The position numbers were made by a program, and so were the translations under genes. This document shows, in pieces, positions 7,295 through 16,773 of a DNA stretch of 25,098 nt; the first letter of the stretch is position 1, and every line of letters starts with the position of its first letter. Under the pieces are notes generated by a model, which did not search any database, was not told the origin of the DNA, and worked only from the letters and a program-made list of their open reading frames with translations. Origin of the DNA: Sedimentisphaerales bacterium (GTDB taxonomy: Bacteria; Planctomycetota; Phycisphaerae; Sedimentisphaerales; SM23-30). The DNA is taken from assembly GCA_016932145.1 (NCBI GenBank), contig JAFGDI010000188.1, forward strand, positions 1-25,098, written 5' to 3'.

Positions 7295-7354
7295 TATTGT
7301 ATAACCTCCTGTTATATGGTCCTGGCGACACTCCAATTGTCGCTCTGTTTATTT

Positions 7355-9322
7355 TTATTTCAAAAAGTCAAGCAGTGTCATTTGATTTTGTGAACTGCTG
7401 GCTGAATAACTTGCCTGTAAAGCGGTGTAAAGAGAATAATATCTGGTAATGGCCTCAGTATAGTCAACATCACGAATGTCGCTGCGCAGAGTCTTGGTTG
7501 CCAGAATATTGTCATTCATATATGATTCTCTTTGCTCTATGCTCTTGCCCATAGAACCAACAATACCATTGACATTTATAACCTGGTCCAGATCTTCAGC
7601 AAGCTGCTGACCGGCCAGAGTAATTGCTGCATTGTCATTAGCATAAAGGGCATCACGCAGAGCCATCAGATGGGAAAAGACGCCATTTGGCTCAACGGTA
7701 CTGACATCAGCACTTTGCAGAACATTACCGGTTATGATAATGTCCGGCCGGGCAGTACTCAGCCCCAATTGTTCTGCCACATCATAATTATTTTCACTGG
7801 TGGTACATACAGTCATATTGCCTGCCCCACCAGAGTTATCTGTCAAAACAAAACCATTACCAACAGCAGCCAGGTCAGCAGTAACCATTCCGCCAGTTGC
7901 GGCATTGATACGGTCAAGCACATCCTGAACGGTAACAGCACCATCTAAAGCAACGGCATATTCTACACCGGCTGAAGAAGTAATAGTTATCTCGCCATTT
8001 TCTGTCGCTACACCTTTACCACCACTGAAACTACTGAGTAAGGTCGAGTAGGTAAAGCTCCTTATACCCAGGTCCGAGGCAGTAGTGCCACCATTTTCGC
8101 CAATGGTCATTTTTGAACCGCTGAGCTGATTAACAATATTAAAGCCTGTACCATCGGCATTGATCTCAGCCCGGGCACCAATATTAGTACCATTTATCAG
8201 ATTAAGCATATCACCAACAGTATCGCAATCGGTGAATTTGATCGGATTAACTTCAGGCATAAGCGAGTTTTTAATGATAAGACCTGAATTCAGGTCAATG
8301 CCAGCGCCACCTGCCAGAGCAGTAACGGCTGTCTGAGCGGTTAATTTAGCATCTATGTCATCACCGATGAGTTCTGCACCAGTGGCTGTTCCGGCAATAG
8401 TTGCACCGCCAGTGTTTATGCCCAGATCACGGGCGGTCGTGCCGCTGCCAATATCAGATATACCCAGATCAGCCCAGGCCGTATTAGCAACTATGCTCAG
8501 ACCATTATTATTAGCGTTTATACTGGCTGTTACCGCACCGCCGGTCTGATCACTGATCAGATTTACTACATCAGAAACAGTAACGGCATTACGCAAGTCA
8601 ACTATATAAAGGTCTGTACCAACAGTTATACCTATCGAACCCTTGCGAATACCCCGGTCGAGTGTACCGTTAACATCAGTCAGCAGGGTATCAGATGTTA
8701 TAGCCGGGTCAAGATCTTCAATACCAACAACCTCACCACTTAAAGCACCAAAGACCTCATCGCCCTGGACACTGAAATAGGACAAATTGTCATCATTTAT
8801 CTGGGTCATACGCTGCTCGGTATTGCCAGTGTACATTACTCCGCCAGTGCTGCTATCAAAAGGCTTAAGGGTAGAGTTCAGACCGCCAAAGACATAAGCC
8901 CCATAATTTGTCTGATTAGATACAGCCACCATCTGGTCAACAATAGCATCGATCATAAGAGCATTAGCCTGGCGGGCATCGTCATCAACGGTATCACCCA
9001 CGCTGGTAAGAGCCAGATTATAAGCCTCATTGATCAGATCAGTTGCCTCTTGCAAGGCTGTATCTGCAACATCAAGATAATCACCGATGAATTTGATATT
9101 ACTCAGATAACTGTTCTGTCTTTCCATCTGACTATCAAGACTCATTACCACAGTAGCACCAGATGGATCATCACTGGGACGCATGATCTTGAGACCGCTG
9201 GCCAACTGCGCCTGAACATCCATCAGCTCAGTCGAGGTAGAGTTAATGCTGCTCATCATCAGATTTGACTGCATCAGCATTGTTACTCTGCTTGTCGCTA
9301 TAGGTCTTACAGAAGAAGTCAT
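7355..9322 (-). CDS. flgL: Hook-associated protein 3 (hook-filament junction), enlarged by internal repeats
   Basis: Flagellin-family N-terminus 'QAQLASGLKIMRPSDDPSGA', 'YVFGG' and C-terminus 'LRSDIRDVDYTEAITRY...ALQASYS...QMTLLDFLK'. It follows flgK. Confidence 0.9.
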   Translation of the reverse strand: MTSSVRPIATSRVTMLMQSNLMMSSINSTSTELMDVQAQLASGLKIMRPSDDPSGATVVMSLDSQMERQNSYLSNIKFIGDYLDVADTALQEATDLINEAYNLALTSVGDTVDDDARQANALMIDAIVDQMVAVSNQTNYGAYVFGGLNSTLKPFDSSTGGVMYTGNTEQRMTQINDDNLSYFSVQGDEVFGALSGEVVGIEDLDPAITSDTLLTDVNGTLDRGIRKGSIGITVGTDLYIVDLRNAVTVSDVVNLISDQTGGAVTASINANNNGLSIVANTAWADLGISDIGSGTTARDLGINTGGATIAGTATGAELIGDDIDAKLTAQTAVTALAGGAGIDLNSGLIIKNSLMPEVNPIKFTDCDTVGDMLNLINGTNIGARAEINADGTGFNIVNQLSGSKMTIGENGGTTASDLGIRSFTYSTLLSSFSGGKGVATENGEITITSSAGVEYAVALDGAVTVQDVLDRINAATGGMVTADLAAVGNGFVLTDNSGGAGNMTVCTTSENNYDVAEQLGLSTARPDIIITGNVLQSADVSTVEPNGVFSHLMALRDALYANDNAAITLAGQQLAEDLDQVINVNGIVGSMGKSIEQRESYMNDNILATKTLRSDIRDVDYTEAITRYYSLYTALQASYSASSSQNQMTLLDFLK

Positions 9323-9374
9323 TTTTCCAGTTCCTTGTATTTCAGAATTAACTTAAATCCTGCATTACTGATCT

Positions 9375-11126
9375 TTAATTGATCAACATCATCAGTTCAT
9401 CAAGTAGTTCATCGACTACACCAATATATTTCGCAGCTCCCTGATAGGCTCTTTGAAAAGTTATCAGGTTCATTGTTTCTTCATCTATGGATACTCCGCT
9501 AATCGACTGAACCTCCAGTAGCAGTGTATCACGAACGGCCGCCGAAGCCGAATAATTATCTTCAGAGCGTTTTGTATTACTGGCAATATCAGCTACCAGC
9601 GAGCTGAAATCATTGGCGAGCGATATACCGCCAAGACTCTGAACACCTTTGGTTGCCAGGGCAGCGATCTGTGACGCGATACTGCCATCAGTAGTCAGGC
9701 CGATAGCAAAGTTACCTGCTACCACCCGCTCAGGATGATTATATAGTTCAGCCTTCAGTCGGATATCGCTGGCATTATTACCACTGAAAAAAGTATTTAT
9801 GCCCAGCACCGCCAGTATATTACTGGTTGCATCAAAATCTACCATTCCCTCGGCATCTTTAACGGCAGAGAAGGCAAAACTATCGCCAGCAGAACTTGAC
9901 TCTATATGCAGATAACCACCGCCATCAACAAAAGAGGTCAGGCCATCAATAGCATCAAGTTTGGCTGCTACTGAGTCAAGTGAATCGCTGCCGGGAGCAT
10001 TAACATCTATCTTAACCTGTTCAGTAGTAATTATCTCACCACTACTATCAAAGATATGAACATTGATAACGCCGTTAGTCACACCCCAGTTCAGTCCATT
10101 ACCGGCAGCAGCAGTAAGAGGCTCAGAAGAATCTATGACTTTATAATCTGAGACCATTTCCTGTACTTTTTCCATAGAACTGCCAATACTGTGCAGTTTA
10201 TTAACTTCATAGATCATTGCTGATGACCAGTTATCAAGCTCACTGATAACGCCATCTACCATTTCATCACGAGCAATGAGCATACCATTAAGCCGACCGG
10301 TGGTAAGTTCCAGTTGACCATCATTATCGTCAAAGATTATCTCGGTTATTTTCTCACCATTATTACCAGCCACATCACGAATAGTCAGACCGCGGCAATC
10401 GGTGTACTGTATAAGCGGTTCACTACCTATATAAACCGTTACCGAACCACCTTCGTTTTCACGGGTGGAAATATTGATCAGAGAATTAAGCTCTTTGAGT
10501 AAGCTGTCACGCTGATCGCGCAAGGCTGAAGCGGAACCGCTTTTACCTGCTTCGGTAGAAACAATATCTGAGTTCAGAGCAGCGATTTGTTTAGCCAGGG
10601 TGTCAGCTTCAATTACCGATGCCTTGATCTGAGAATTAAGGTCATCATGGACATCTTTCAAATCTGTACGCAGTTCACGGATCACACTGGTCATGGTATC
10701 AGCATTTTGCAATACAACATTGCGTGATGCCACATCCTGCGGCTGAATCTGTAAAGAAGACCAGGCAGCGAAGAAAGAATTAAGACGACTGGAAATATCA
10801 TCATCAGTCAGCTCATTGAAGGCCGCTTCCAGCCTGGACATTGTCTGCTGCTGCAACTGGAATGAAGCCACATCGCCACTGGCATTACGGTATCGGGAAT
10901 TCAGAGATTCATCAACCAGACGGTTAATGCTTGAAACGGTAACACCAGTGCCAGTATATTTGCCGGGGAACACTTCATAGTATTGCGTCGGAACCAGATT
11001 GGCCACCTGCCGGGAATACCCCGGAGTAGCTGAGTTGGAAATATTATTTCCTGTCACAGACAATCCTGCCTGTGAGGCACTCAGCCCGGTCTGACCTATT
11101 TGTAATGATCCATTTATTAACGACAT
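9375..11126 (-). CDS. flgK: Hook-associated protein 1
   Basis: 'SLQIGQTGLSASQAGLSVTGNNISNSATPGYSRQ...GTGVTVSSINR', 'ALRDQRDSLLKEL' and C-terminal 'SISGVSIDEETMNLITFQRAYQGAAK'. Confidence 0.96.
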   Translation of the reverse strand: MSLINGSLQIGQTGLSASQAGLSVTGNNISNSATPGYSRQVANLVPTQYYEVFPGKYTGTGVTVSSINRLVDESLNSRYRNASGDVASFQLQQQTMSRLEAAFNELTDDDISSRLNSFFAAWSSLQIQPQDVASRNVVLQNADTMTSVIRELRTDLKDVHDDLNSQIKASVIEADTLAKQIAALNSDIVSTEAGKSGSASALRDQRDSLLKELNSLINISTRENEGGSVTVYIGSEPLIQYTDCRGLTIRDVAGNNGEKITEIIFDDNDGQLELTTGRLNGMLIARDEMVDGVISELDNWSSAMIYEVNKLHSIGSSMEKVQEMVSDYKVIDSSEPLTAAAGNGLNWGVTNGVINVHIFDSSGEIITTEQVKIDVNAPGSDSLDSVAAKLDAIDGLTSFVDGGGYLHIESSSAGDSFAFSAVKDAEGMVDFDATSNILAVLGINTFFSGNNASDIRLKAELYNHPERVVAGNFAIGLTTDGSIASQIAALATKGVQSLGGISLANDFSSLVADIASNTKRSEDNYSASAAVRDTLLLEVQSISGVSIDEETMNLITFQRAYQGAAKYIGVVDELLDELMMLIN

Positions 11127-11163
11127 AATACTAACCTGTTACCTTTTATTACTTTAACTATCC

Positions 11164-11673
11164 TTAAGCTATGGCATCGATGAGCCCGCTGGCAAAACTG
11201 GGGGCTTCCATGCCGGTCTTGTTGTATATTTTACTGTCATGTTCAAGGTTAACTATGGCCTTGAATATAAAATCCAGATGGCCCATCATTTTCTTCACCG
11301 CCAGATTGGTTATGCGGGTAAGGCTCTGGGTCTGCTCTACCTCTTTATGTAGCATAGCTTTAAGAGCTAACATCTTACCTCGTTCTGGCTCAGGTGCAAA
11401 AGGTGCAATATCAGTTATGGTAACCCGCACTCTGCCAAGCCTTTCAGGAAAATACATCTTAGTAAGGCTGTCAACTATCTGCATCCGGCGACGGGTATTA
11501 GCCGCGATATTCTGCATGATAATATCCTGGGCATCAGATGTCTGCTGAAGCATACCGGCATCACGACCCTTGATCGCAGCAAACCGCTCTTCAAGAACCT
11601 TTTTGAGTTCCCGGTAAGCACGCAGATCATTGCTCATTGCGTTAATCAATTGTCTGGTCAGTAGTTCTGACAT
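11164..11673 (-). CDS. flgN: Flagellar export chaperone FlgN-like
   Basis: Helical protein directly upstream of flgK, with pattern 'L...L..Y.EL..VLEE...AI...D...L' and C-terminal 'IYNKTG' (FlgN-type YxxxG). Confidence 0.75.
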   Translation of the reverse strand: MSELLTRQLINAMSNDLRAYRELKKVLEERFAAIKGRDAGMLQQTSDAQDIIMQNIAANTRRRMQIVDSLTKMYFPERLGRVRVTITDIAPFAPEPERGKMLALKAMLHKEVEQTQSLTRITNLAVKKMMGHLDFIFKAIVNLEHDSKIYNKTGMEAPSFASGLIDAIA

Positions 11674-11726
11674 AAATTACCTGTACTTATCTTTTTATAG
11701 TTTAACCTGAGTAACTATTACTATTT

Positions 11727-12092
11727 TCAATTATTGGGCAATGTTATTGCCGGCTTGTTTATTATGGCACTATCTGCCATCTGTCTGGCATCGAGCTGTT
11801 TTTGTGCCAGCACACCAGAAGTGCGGCTGCCCTTATTTGTCAACTGCCTTACCATAGCATCAATTATCTGATTATTTTCCTGCTTGGAAAGTTCACCGAT
11901 AAAGACATTGTCAAGCTGTTGCTGAAATGCCTGCCCGGCGAAACCGCCGGAAAACAATCCGCCTTCAGAACTCTGACGAAACTCTTTCATCAGCGTGCCA
12001 TAGAAAACATTACTTATCAGCTCGGCAGCTTTTGCCTTAACTTCATTAACATTACTACTGGCGGCCTTATTGTCTATTGCTGCTATATTCAT
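11727..12092 (-). CDS. flgJ: Short rod-binding (rod-cap) FlgJ without muramidase domain
   Basis: 'KAKAAELISNVFYGTLMKEFRQS...GLFSGGFAGQAFQQQLD' resembles the Rod-binding domain. The ATG at 12092 overlaps the flgI stop (ATGA), so the start was moved from 12119. Confidence 0.75.
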   Translation of the reverse strand: MNIAAIDNKAASSNVNEVKAKAAELISNVFYGTLMKEFRQSSEGGLFSGGFAGQAFQQQLDNVFIGELSKQENNQIIDAMVRQLTNKGSRTSGVLAQKQLDARQMADSAIINKPAITLPNN

Positions 12093-13243
12093 TCTGAAAC
12101 GATCCTGGCCTTGAGCCAACTACCTTTCTGCAACTGATATACTGCGGCTACCTTCTTATAAAAAGGCACCTTGAGCTGATCCAATGCCTTGATCAGATCT
12201 GAAAGCTGTGCCTGACGATTACCAGCACTGTCGAAGGAGGCATAAGCACTCTCGCGCACCTGAGGCTGCTGGGGGTCAGGGACAATTTCCGGCTCAACTA
12301 TAGTTATCAACATTCCATCCACAGTTATTACACATGGCAATATCTCGACATTACCGCCGAAAGACATTGTGCCGCTTCTCTCGTTTATTACTACCACAGC
12401 CTCAGACTCTGGCAGCTCGATCGGCAGATTCATTATCCTGGCTATATAAGAAGGATACTTATCTACCTGCTTGGCAGGTATATAAACACGAATAGTCTTG
12501 GCATCAAGAGCTTTGGCAGTATCTTCAACTTCGACGAAATCAGGATTACTGTCTCCGCCGGGCAGTGCATTCATGGCATTGATCTCAACGATCAGGGCCT
12601 GAGCCACCTGGAAGCTGGCAAAACTTTCATCCAGGATAAGATCAAAGTAAAACCGGCCACTTCCTGATTCCTGCTGAATGTAAGAATGGAAATGCGGTAT
12701 CTCTACTGTAGCCCCACCCCGGATAATACCTACCGTTGCATGTCTGGGATCTGGCAGAGTTATCTTGCCCTGAGCCCAGGCATAAACAGTATTATCCTGA
12801 TCATGCAGCGGGGTAAGCGGCGTGGCGAACAATATGCCGCCTTCCAGACTGCTGGCCTTGCCCAGCGATGATACTGTCACATCTATCTGATCGCCATCGG
12901 TAATACCATTTCGGCTCAGATCAACAGTAATAGTTACAAAAGCAACATTTTTCATATTCTTAACAGAATCATAAGACTCTACCGGATTGCCGGCTTTACG
13001 CAACCAGGAGCGAACCGCATTGGCCGTCATCTCCAGATCGCCATCACCGGTACCATTTAAACCGGTAACGAGTCCTGTACCTACCAGCACATTACCGCGT
13101 TCACCAGAGGGACGGGCAATATCCTGTATTCTGGTCATAGCCCCGGCACTTACTGCCAGGAACAACACTACCAGGATCACAGAAATATTTAATTGACTTA
13201 TTGTCTTTCGCGCCACTTTACAGTCCTTGGTTTCTCTGACCAC
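12089..13243 (-). CDS. flgI: Flagellar P-ring protein
   Basis: 'RIQDIAR...NVLVGTGLVTGLNGTGD', 'IDVTVSSLGKASSLEGGILFATPL' and 'VVINERSGT'. The track start is a GTG and the exact start is uncertain. Confidence 0.95.
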   Translation of the reverse strand: MVRETKDCKVARKTISQLNISVILVVLFLAVSAGAMTRIQDIARPSGERGNVLVGTGLVTGLNGTGDGDLEMTANAVRSWLRKAGNPVESYDSVKNMKNVAFVTITVDLSRNGITDGDQIDVTVSSLGKASSLEGGILFATPLTPLHDQDNTVYAWAQGKITLPDPRHATVGIIRGGATVEIPHFHSYIQQESGSGRFYFDLILDESFASFQVAQALIVEINAMNALPGGDSNPDFVEVEDTAKALDAKTIRVYIPAKQVDKYPSYIARIMNLPIELPESEAVVVINERSGTMSFGGNVEILPCVITVDGMLITIVEPEIVPDPQQPQVRESAYASFDSAGNRQAQLSDLIKALDQLKVPFYKKVAAVYQLQKGSWLKARIVSE

Positions 13244-13249
13244 ATCGGT

Positions 13250-13993
13250 TCAGAAGGGGTTAATTGCACCTAATAACTTTACCAGCCAGCCTCGCTTGGT
13301 ATAGTCTCTGGCCATACCTGAATGCTGCTTATCTATTTTCAGATTCGCTATTTTACTGGACAAAATAGTATTCTGGGTCGATATATCATTGCTGCGACAC
13401 ATACCTGTTAAGGTAATTGTTGTCGTTTCTTCATCTGTCTTAATATAATGATTGGCTTCCAGGACGAGATTGCCATTAGGGTAAACATCAACGACTTCCG
13501 CCTGTATTTCAGCAGTAAGATAATCTTCGCGAGTTATCTCAGACTGGCCATCGAATGTGCGTGACATATTAGCCCCGATCCGCGGATCGCCGCTACGCTG
13601 TGTTGCCGGACGCAGATCACCATTAGACAAGCTCAGCCAGTCACTTAATACCATATTAACTGACTGGTCCTTATCAGATTTGTTCTCTGACTCGGTTCCA
13701 TGAGAGCTTTTTTCACGAACCAGAATTGTTACCAGGTCATGAACCTTAACGCCCTTAACTTCAGTTTTTTCCACTATAGTCCAGGAAACCTGACCGGCAT
13801 CAACCCGAGGCTTGCCATTAATCATAGAATCATCATCAGACAACTGGCCATCATTTACCTTACTGCCTCTGACGGCATGATCTCTTTTAACCTGCTCGGA
13901 ACGAAGAAAGAGGCTTGACTCCTGATAGGACCAGGCATTACCTGCACACAACAGGACAGCAAAAAGGGAGATAAGTTTATTTTTCAGATTCAT
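13250..13993 (-). CDS. flgH: Flagellar L-ring protein
   Basis: 'VHDLVTILVREKS', 'AEIQAEVVDVYPNGNLVLEA', 'ITLTGMCRSNDISTQNTILSSKIANLKI' and C-terminal 'GWL....INPF'. Confidence 0.92.
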   Translation of the reverse strand: MNLKNKLISLFAVLLCAGNAWSYQESSLFLRSEQVKRDHAVRGSKVNDGQLSDDDSMINGKPRVDAGQVSWTIVEKTEVKGVKVHDLVTILVREKSSHGTESENKSDKDQSVNMVLSDWLSLSNGDLRPATQRSGDPRIGANMSRTFDGQSEITREDYLTAEIQAEVVDVYPNGNLVLEANHYIKTDEETTTITLTGMCRSNDISTQNTILSSKIANLKIDKQHSGMARDYTKRGWLVKLLGAINPF

Positions 13994-15138
13994 CTTACCT
14001 CCTCCAGATCAACGGCCTGAGCCAGTTCCTGCGACTTATTGCCAAACATATCTTCATCAACCATTACTACTTCGCCCTGGGCAATTACCCGGCAATACAA
14101 AACCTGAGATACAGCTGCATTCTGGCCGGTCTTAGGGTGATTGACCTTAACTGCGATCACATCGTTAAGCGAACCCTCTTCCATAGCCTGACCTTTGGCA
14201 GTTATACTGATAACACTGCTGTTATACCTTATATATACGGGGGTATTGCGTTCTACCAGCGTAATCCGTTTAACCATATTGCTCTTAACAATACTTTCAG
14301 CAGCAACACTGCGGGTGAGCTCTTTACCAATAACTGCTTCAACTGTTGATACACCAACCTGGTTGATCGCAGTAACCAGTTGCGGAACCATTTTAACATC
14401 GTCAGCTGCAATAATTACACCCACTTTCAAATCGCGGGCAGCAACAACATACTCGCTGAGATATTGAACATAGCCATTAACATAAAAAGTGCGGGGTTTA
14501 TTATAGAACTTTTCATGCTGAGGCAGTACATTTTCCGGCAGAGCTGGTGTCTTATCTGTTACCATAAAACGAACATTACCCAATGAGACACTGCGTTGCG
14601 GCTTTATCTCGTAACGAGCATTGTCCATAGCCAGATCAAGTAAACCATCTTCACTGCATTTCCAGTCGATAACCAGTCTATCAGCAGTATAGCCTGTTAT
14701 ATTGGCAACCATACGACTAAGCTCCTGTCGGATGCTGTCTTTGGCATCAGCGGCAGGAGTCTGCTCTACGGGTATAATTGCCGGTCGAGGTTCTATTCGA
14801 CCAGCAGAGCCGATAAAGGTTACCCGACATTCATTTGAGCCATAAATATCAATTGCGACCGGATTAATCCCGGCCCGGGACAAGCAACGGGCAATATCAA
14901 AACTGCTTACTACTATTGCGCTGCTGTTCTGGTCCTTTTCAGCCACGATCATATTTGTCAACTGACTGCGTAATGACTCGTCATCACAATTTATCCAGGC
15001 GATCGAGCCAATAGTTACAACCTTATCGCTGAGCCTGGCCTGACCATTCAATCGGACCTGAACTCCGCTGGCTGATGCTGCTGCACAACAGGCAGTCAAC
15101 ACCATAGCTATTATCAGATTGTAAATATTTCTTTTCAT
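13990..15138 (-). CDS. flgA: P-ring formation chaperone FlgA, long form
   Basis: C-terminal SAF-type 'VVAARDLKVGVIIAADDV...IGKELTRSV....LVERNTPV...ITAKGQAMEEGSLNDVIAVK'. It lies between flgG and flgH and has a signal peptide. Confidence 0.85.
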   Translation of the reverse strand: MKRNIYNLIIAMVLTACCAAASASGVQVRLNGQARLSDKVVTIGSIAWINCDDESLRSQLTNMIVAEKDQNSSAIVVSSFDIARCLSRAGINPVAIDIYGSNECRVTFIGSAGRIEPRPAIIPVEQTPAADAKDSIRQELSRMVANITGYTADRLVIDWKCSEDGLLDLAMDNARYEIKPQRSVSLGNVRFMVTDKTPALPENVLPQHEKFYNKPRTFYVNGYVQYLSEYVVAARDLKVGVIIAADDVKMVPQLVTAINQVGVSTVEAVIGKELTRSVAAESIVKSNMVKRITLVERNTPVYIRYNSSVISITAKGQAMEEGSLNDVIAVKVNHPKTGQNAAVSQVLYCRVIAQGEVVMVDEDMFGNKSQELAQAVDLEEVR

Positions 15139-15170
15139 AATACGCTTATCTTTCTGTTAATCATTCAAAC

Positions 15171-15971
15171 TTAGCTTCTTAAGGCAGCTACAACCTTCAG
15201 AGAATTATCCGCAGCCTTGATCGACTGAGAATTCATTTCAAAATTACGCTGGGTCTTGATCATACTTACCAGCTCTCTTACTGAATCTACATTACTGTAC
15301 TCCAGATAACCCTGAATAATACCGCCAAAACCAACTTCCTGCGGATTACCCTGAATAGCATTTCCACTACCTTCGGTCTCTGTGTACAAATTTCCACCTT
15401 CGAGCTTCAGGCCATTAGGGTTAGGAAACTTATATATCTCGATCTGGCCAACTTCCTGAGTCTGGCCGTCAACAATAACATTCACGCGGCCATCGGTAGT
15501 AATCGTCACATCAGAAGCACCCTGCGGTATGGTTATTCTTGGTTCCAGATAAGGGCCGTCAGTTGTGCCTAATACCAGATCACCATCGACATTAGGTAAG
15601 AAATTGCCCGCACGGGTATAAGCCTCACCATTACCAATACCATCAAAGGTCTGAACTCTGAAAAAGCCCGGTCCCTCGATTGCTACATCATAGTCACTGC
15701 CTGTGCTTTCCAATGAACCCTGGGTAAAATCCAACTGGGTATTAGATATCTGAGTGCCCAAACCAACATAAAGACCCGTGGCACTATATTGCCCCAGGCT
15801 GTTGAGTGTGCCCGGCTGTCGTTTCTCATCATACATGAGATCTTCAAAATTGGCCCGCTGTGCCTTGAATCCTGTAGTATTAGAATTTGCCAGATTGTTT
15901 GCTATGACATCCAACTGGGTGTCCATAGCCTTCATACCTGTCGCTGCTGATTGTAATGCTGTTAATGTCAT
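15171..15971 (-). CDS. flgG: Flagellar basal-body distal rod protein
   Basis: 'ALQSAATGMKAMDTQLDVIANNLANSNTTGFK.QRANFEDLMY...PG...GLG', 'YTRAGNF' and 'QGYLEYSNVDSVRELVSMIKTQRNFEMNSQSIKAAD'. Confidence 0.96.
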   Translation of the reverse strand: MTLTALQSAATGMKAMDTQLDVIANNLANSNTTGFKAQRANFEDLMYDEKRQPGTLNSLGQYSATGLYVGLGTQISNTQLDFTQGSLESTGSDYDVAIEGPGFFRVQTFDGIGNGEAYTRAGNFLPNVDGDLVLGTTDGPYLEPRITIPQGASDVTITTDGRVNVIVDGQTQEVGQIEIYKFPNPNGLKLEGGNLYTETEGSGNAIQGNPQEVGFGGIIQGYLEYSNVDSVRELVSMIKTQRNFEMNSQSIKAADNSLKVVAALRS

Positions 15972-15999
15972 TTTTTTTCCAACTCAACTTTCAGACTTA

Positions 16000-16755
16000 T
16001 TATCCAATATTACCCATCTTAGAAATAGCCGAACCCAGCGTCTGATCCTGTATCTGTAACATTGTTACATTATTCTGGAACATACGCTGAGATTTTATCA
16101 TAGCTGTAATTTCTTCCAAAGCATTAACACCAGAGCCTTCAACACAACCCTGGATCATCTCCGCTTTTGATGCAATTGCCTTACTGGCATCTCCCTCATA
16201 CAAATTATTACCTAATTTGCGTAACTGAGTCTTATCTTCAAAGTCAACTACGCCCAACTGAGCTACATCCTGACCATTCTGACTGATAAAACCATTACGG
16301 TCGATCTCAGGAGTTATACCCGGCAATAACTTGATCGGAGCCCCGGCATTATCCAGCACCGGCTGCTCGCCTGCTATTGTCACTAAGCTCATACCATCTG
16401 GCCCTACCATAAAACGGCCATCACGGGTATATGAGACCTTATCACCTGCCTGTACCTGGAAAAATCCTTCTCCATTCAAGGCAACATCAAAAGAAGAGTC
16501 AGTTCGATCAAGAGATCCCTGCGAAAAGTCAGTATAGGTAGGAAGCGAAAAGACCCCACCACCTGTTTTCTCTAACAGGGCTGAGGATAGACGGCCAGAA
16601 CCAGCCAGCTGCGCCTCTGTGGGCCGCGCCTGGTATAGTGCCATATCTTTTTTGAATGCCGCTGTATCTACATTCGCCAGATTGTTCGCTACGACATCCT
16701 GTCTATACGAACTGGCCATTGCACCAGCAGCCGAAATATACATTCCGTACAACAT
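16000..16755 (-). CDS. flgF: Flagellar basal-body proximal rod protein FlgF
   Basis: 'GMYISAAG...QDVVANNLANVDTAAFKKD', 'DVALNGEGFFQV...YTRDGRF' and 'QGCVEGSGVNALEEITAMI'. It lies directly upstream of flgG and lacks the FlgG-specific insert. Confidence 0.85.
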   Translation of the reverse strand: MLYGMYISAAGAMASSYRQDVVANNLANVDTAAFKKDMALYQARPTEAQLAGSGRLSSALLEKTGGGVFSLPTYTDFSQGSLDRTDSSFDVALNGEGFFQVQAGDKVSYTRDGRFMVGPDGMSLVTIAGEQPVLDNAGAPIKLLPGITPEIDRNGFISQNGQDVAQLGVVDFEDKTQLRKLGNNLYEGDASKAIASKAEMIQGCVEGSGVNALEEITAMIKSQRMFQNNVTMLQIQDQTLGSAISKMGNIG

Positions 16756-16773
16756 CGCTCATCCTTAAGCTAA

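Noticed and set aside
5056-16537. Numerous short plus-strand ORFs (60-140 aa) opposite the flagellar genes, and similar shadow ORFs elsewhere
   Set aside because: All overlap well-supported genes on the other strand or frame, and none shows a recognisable motif.
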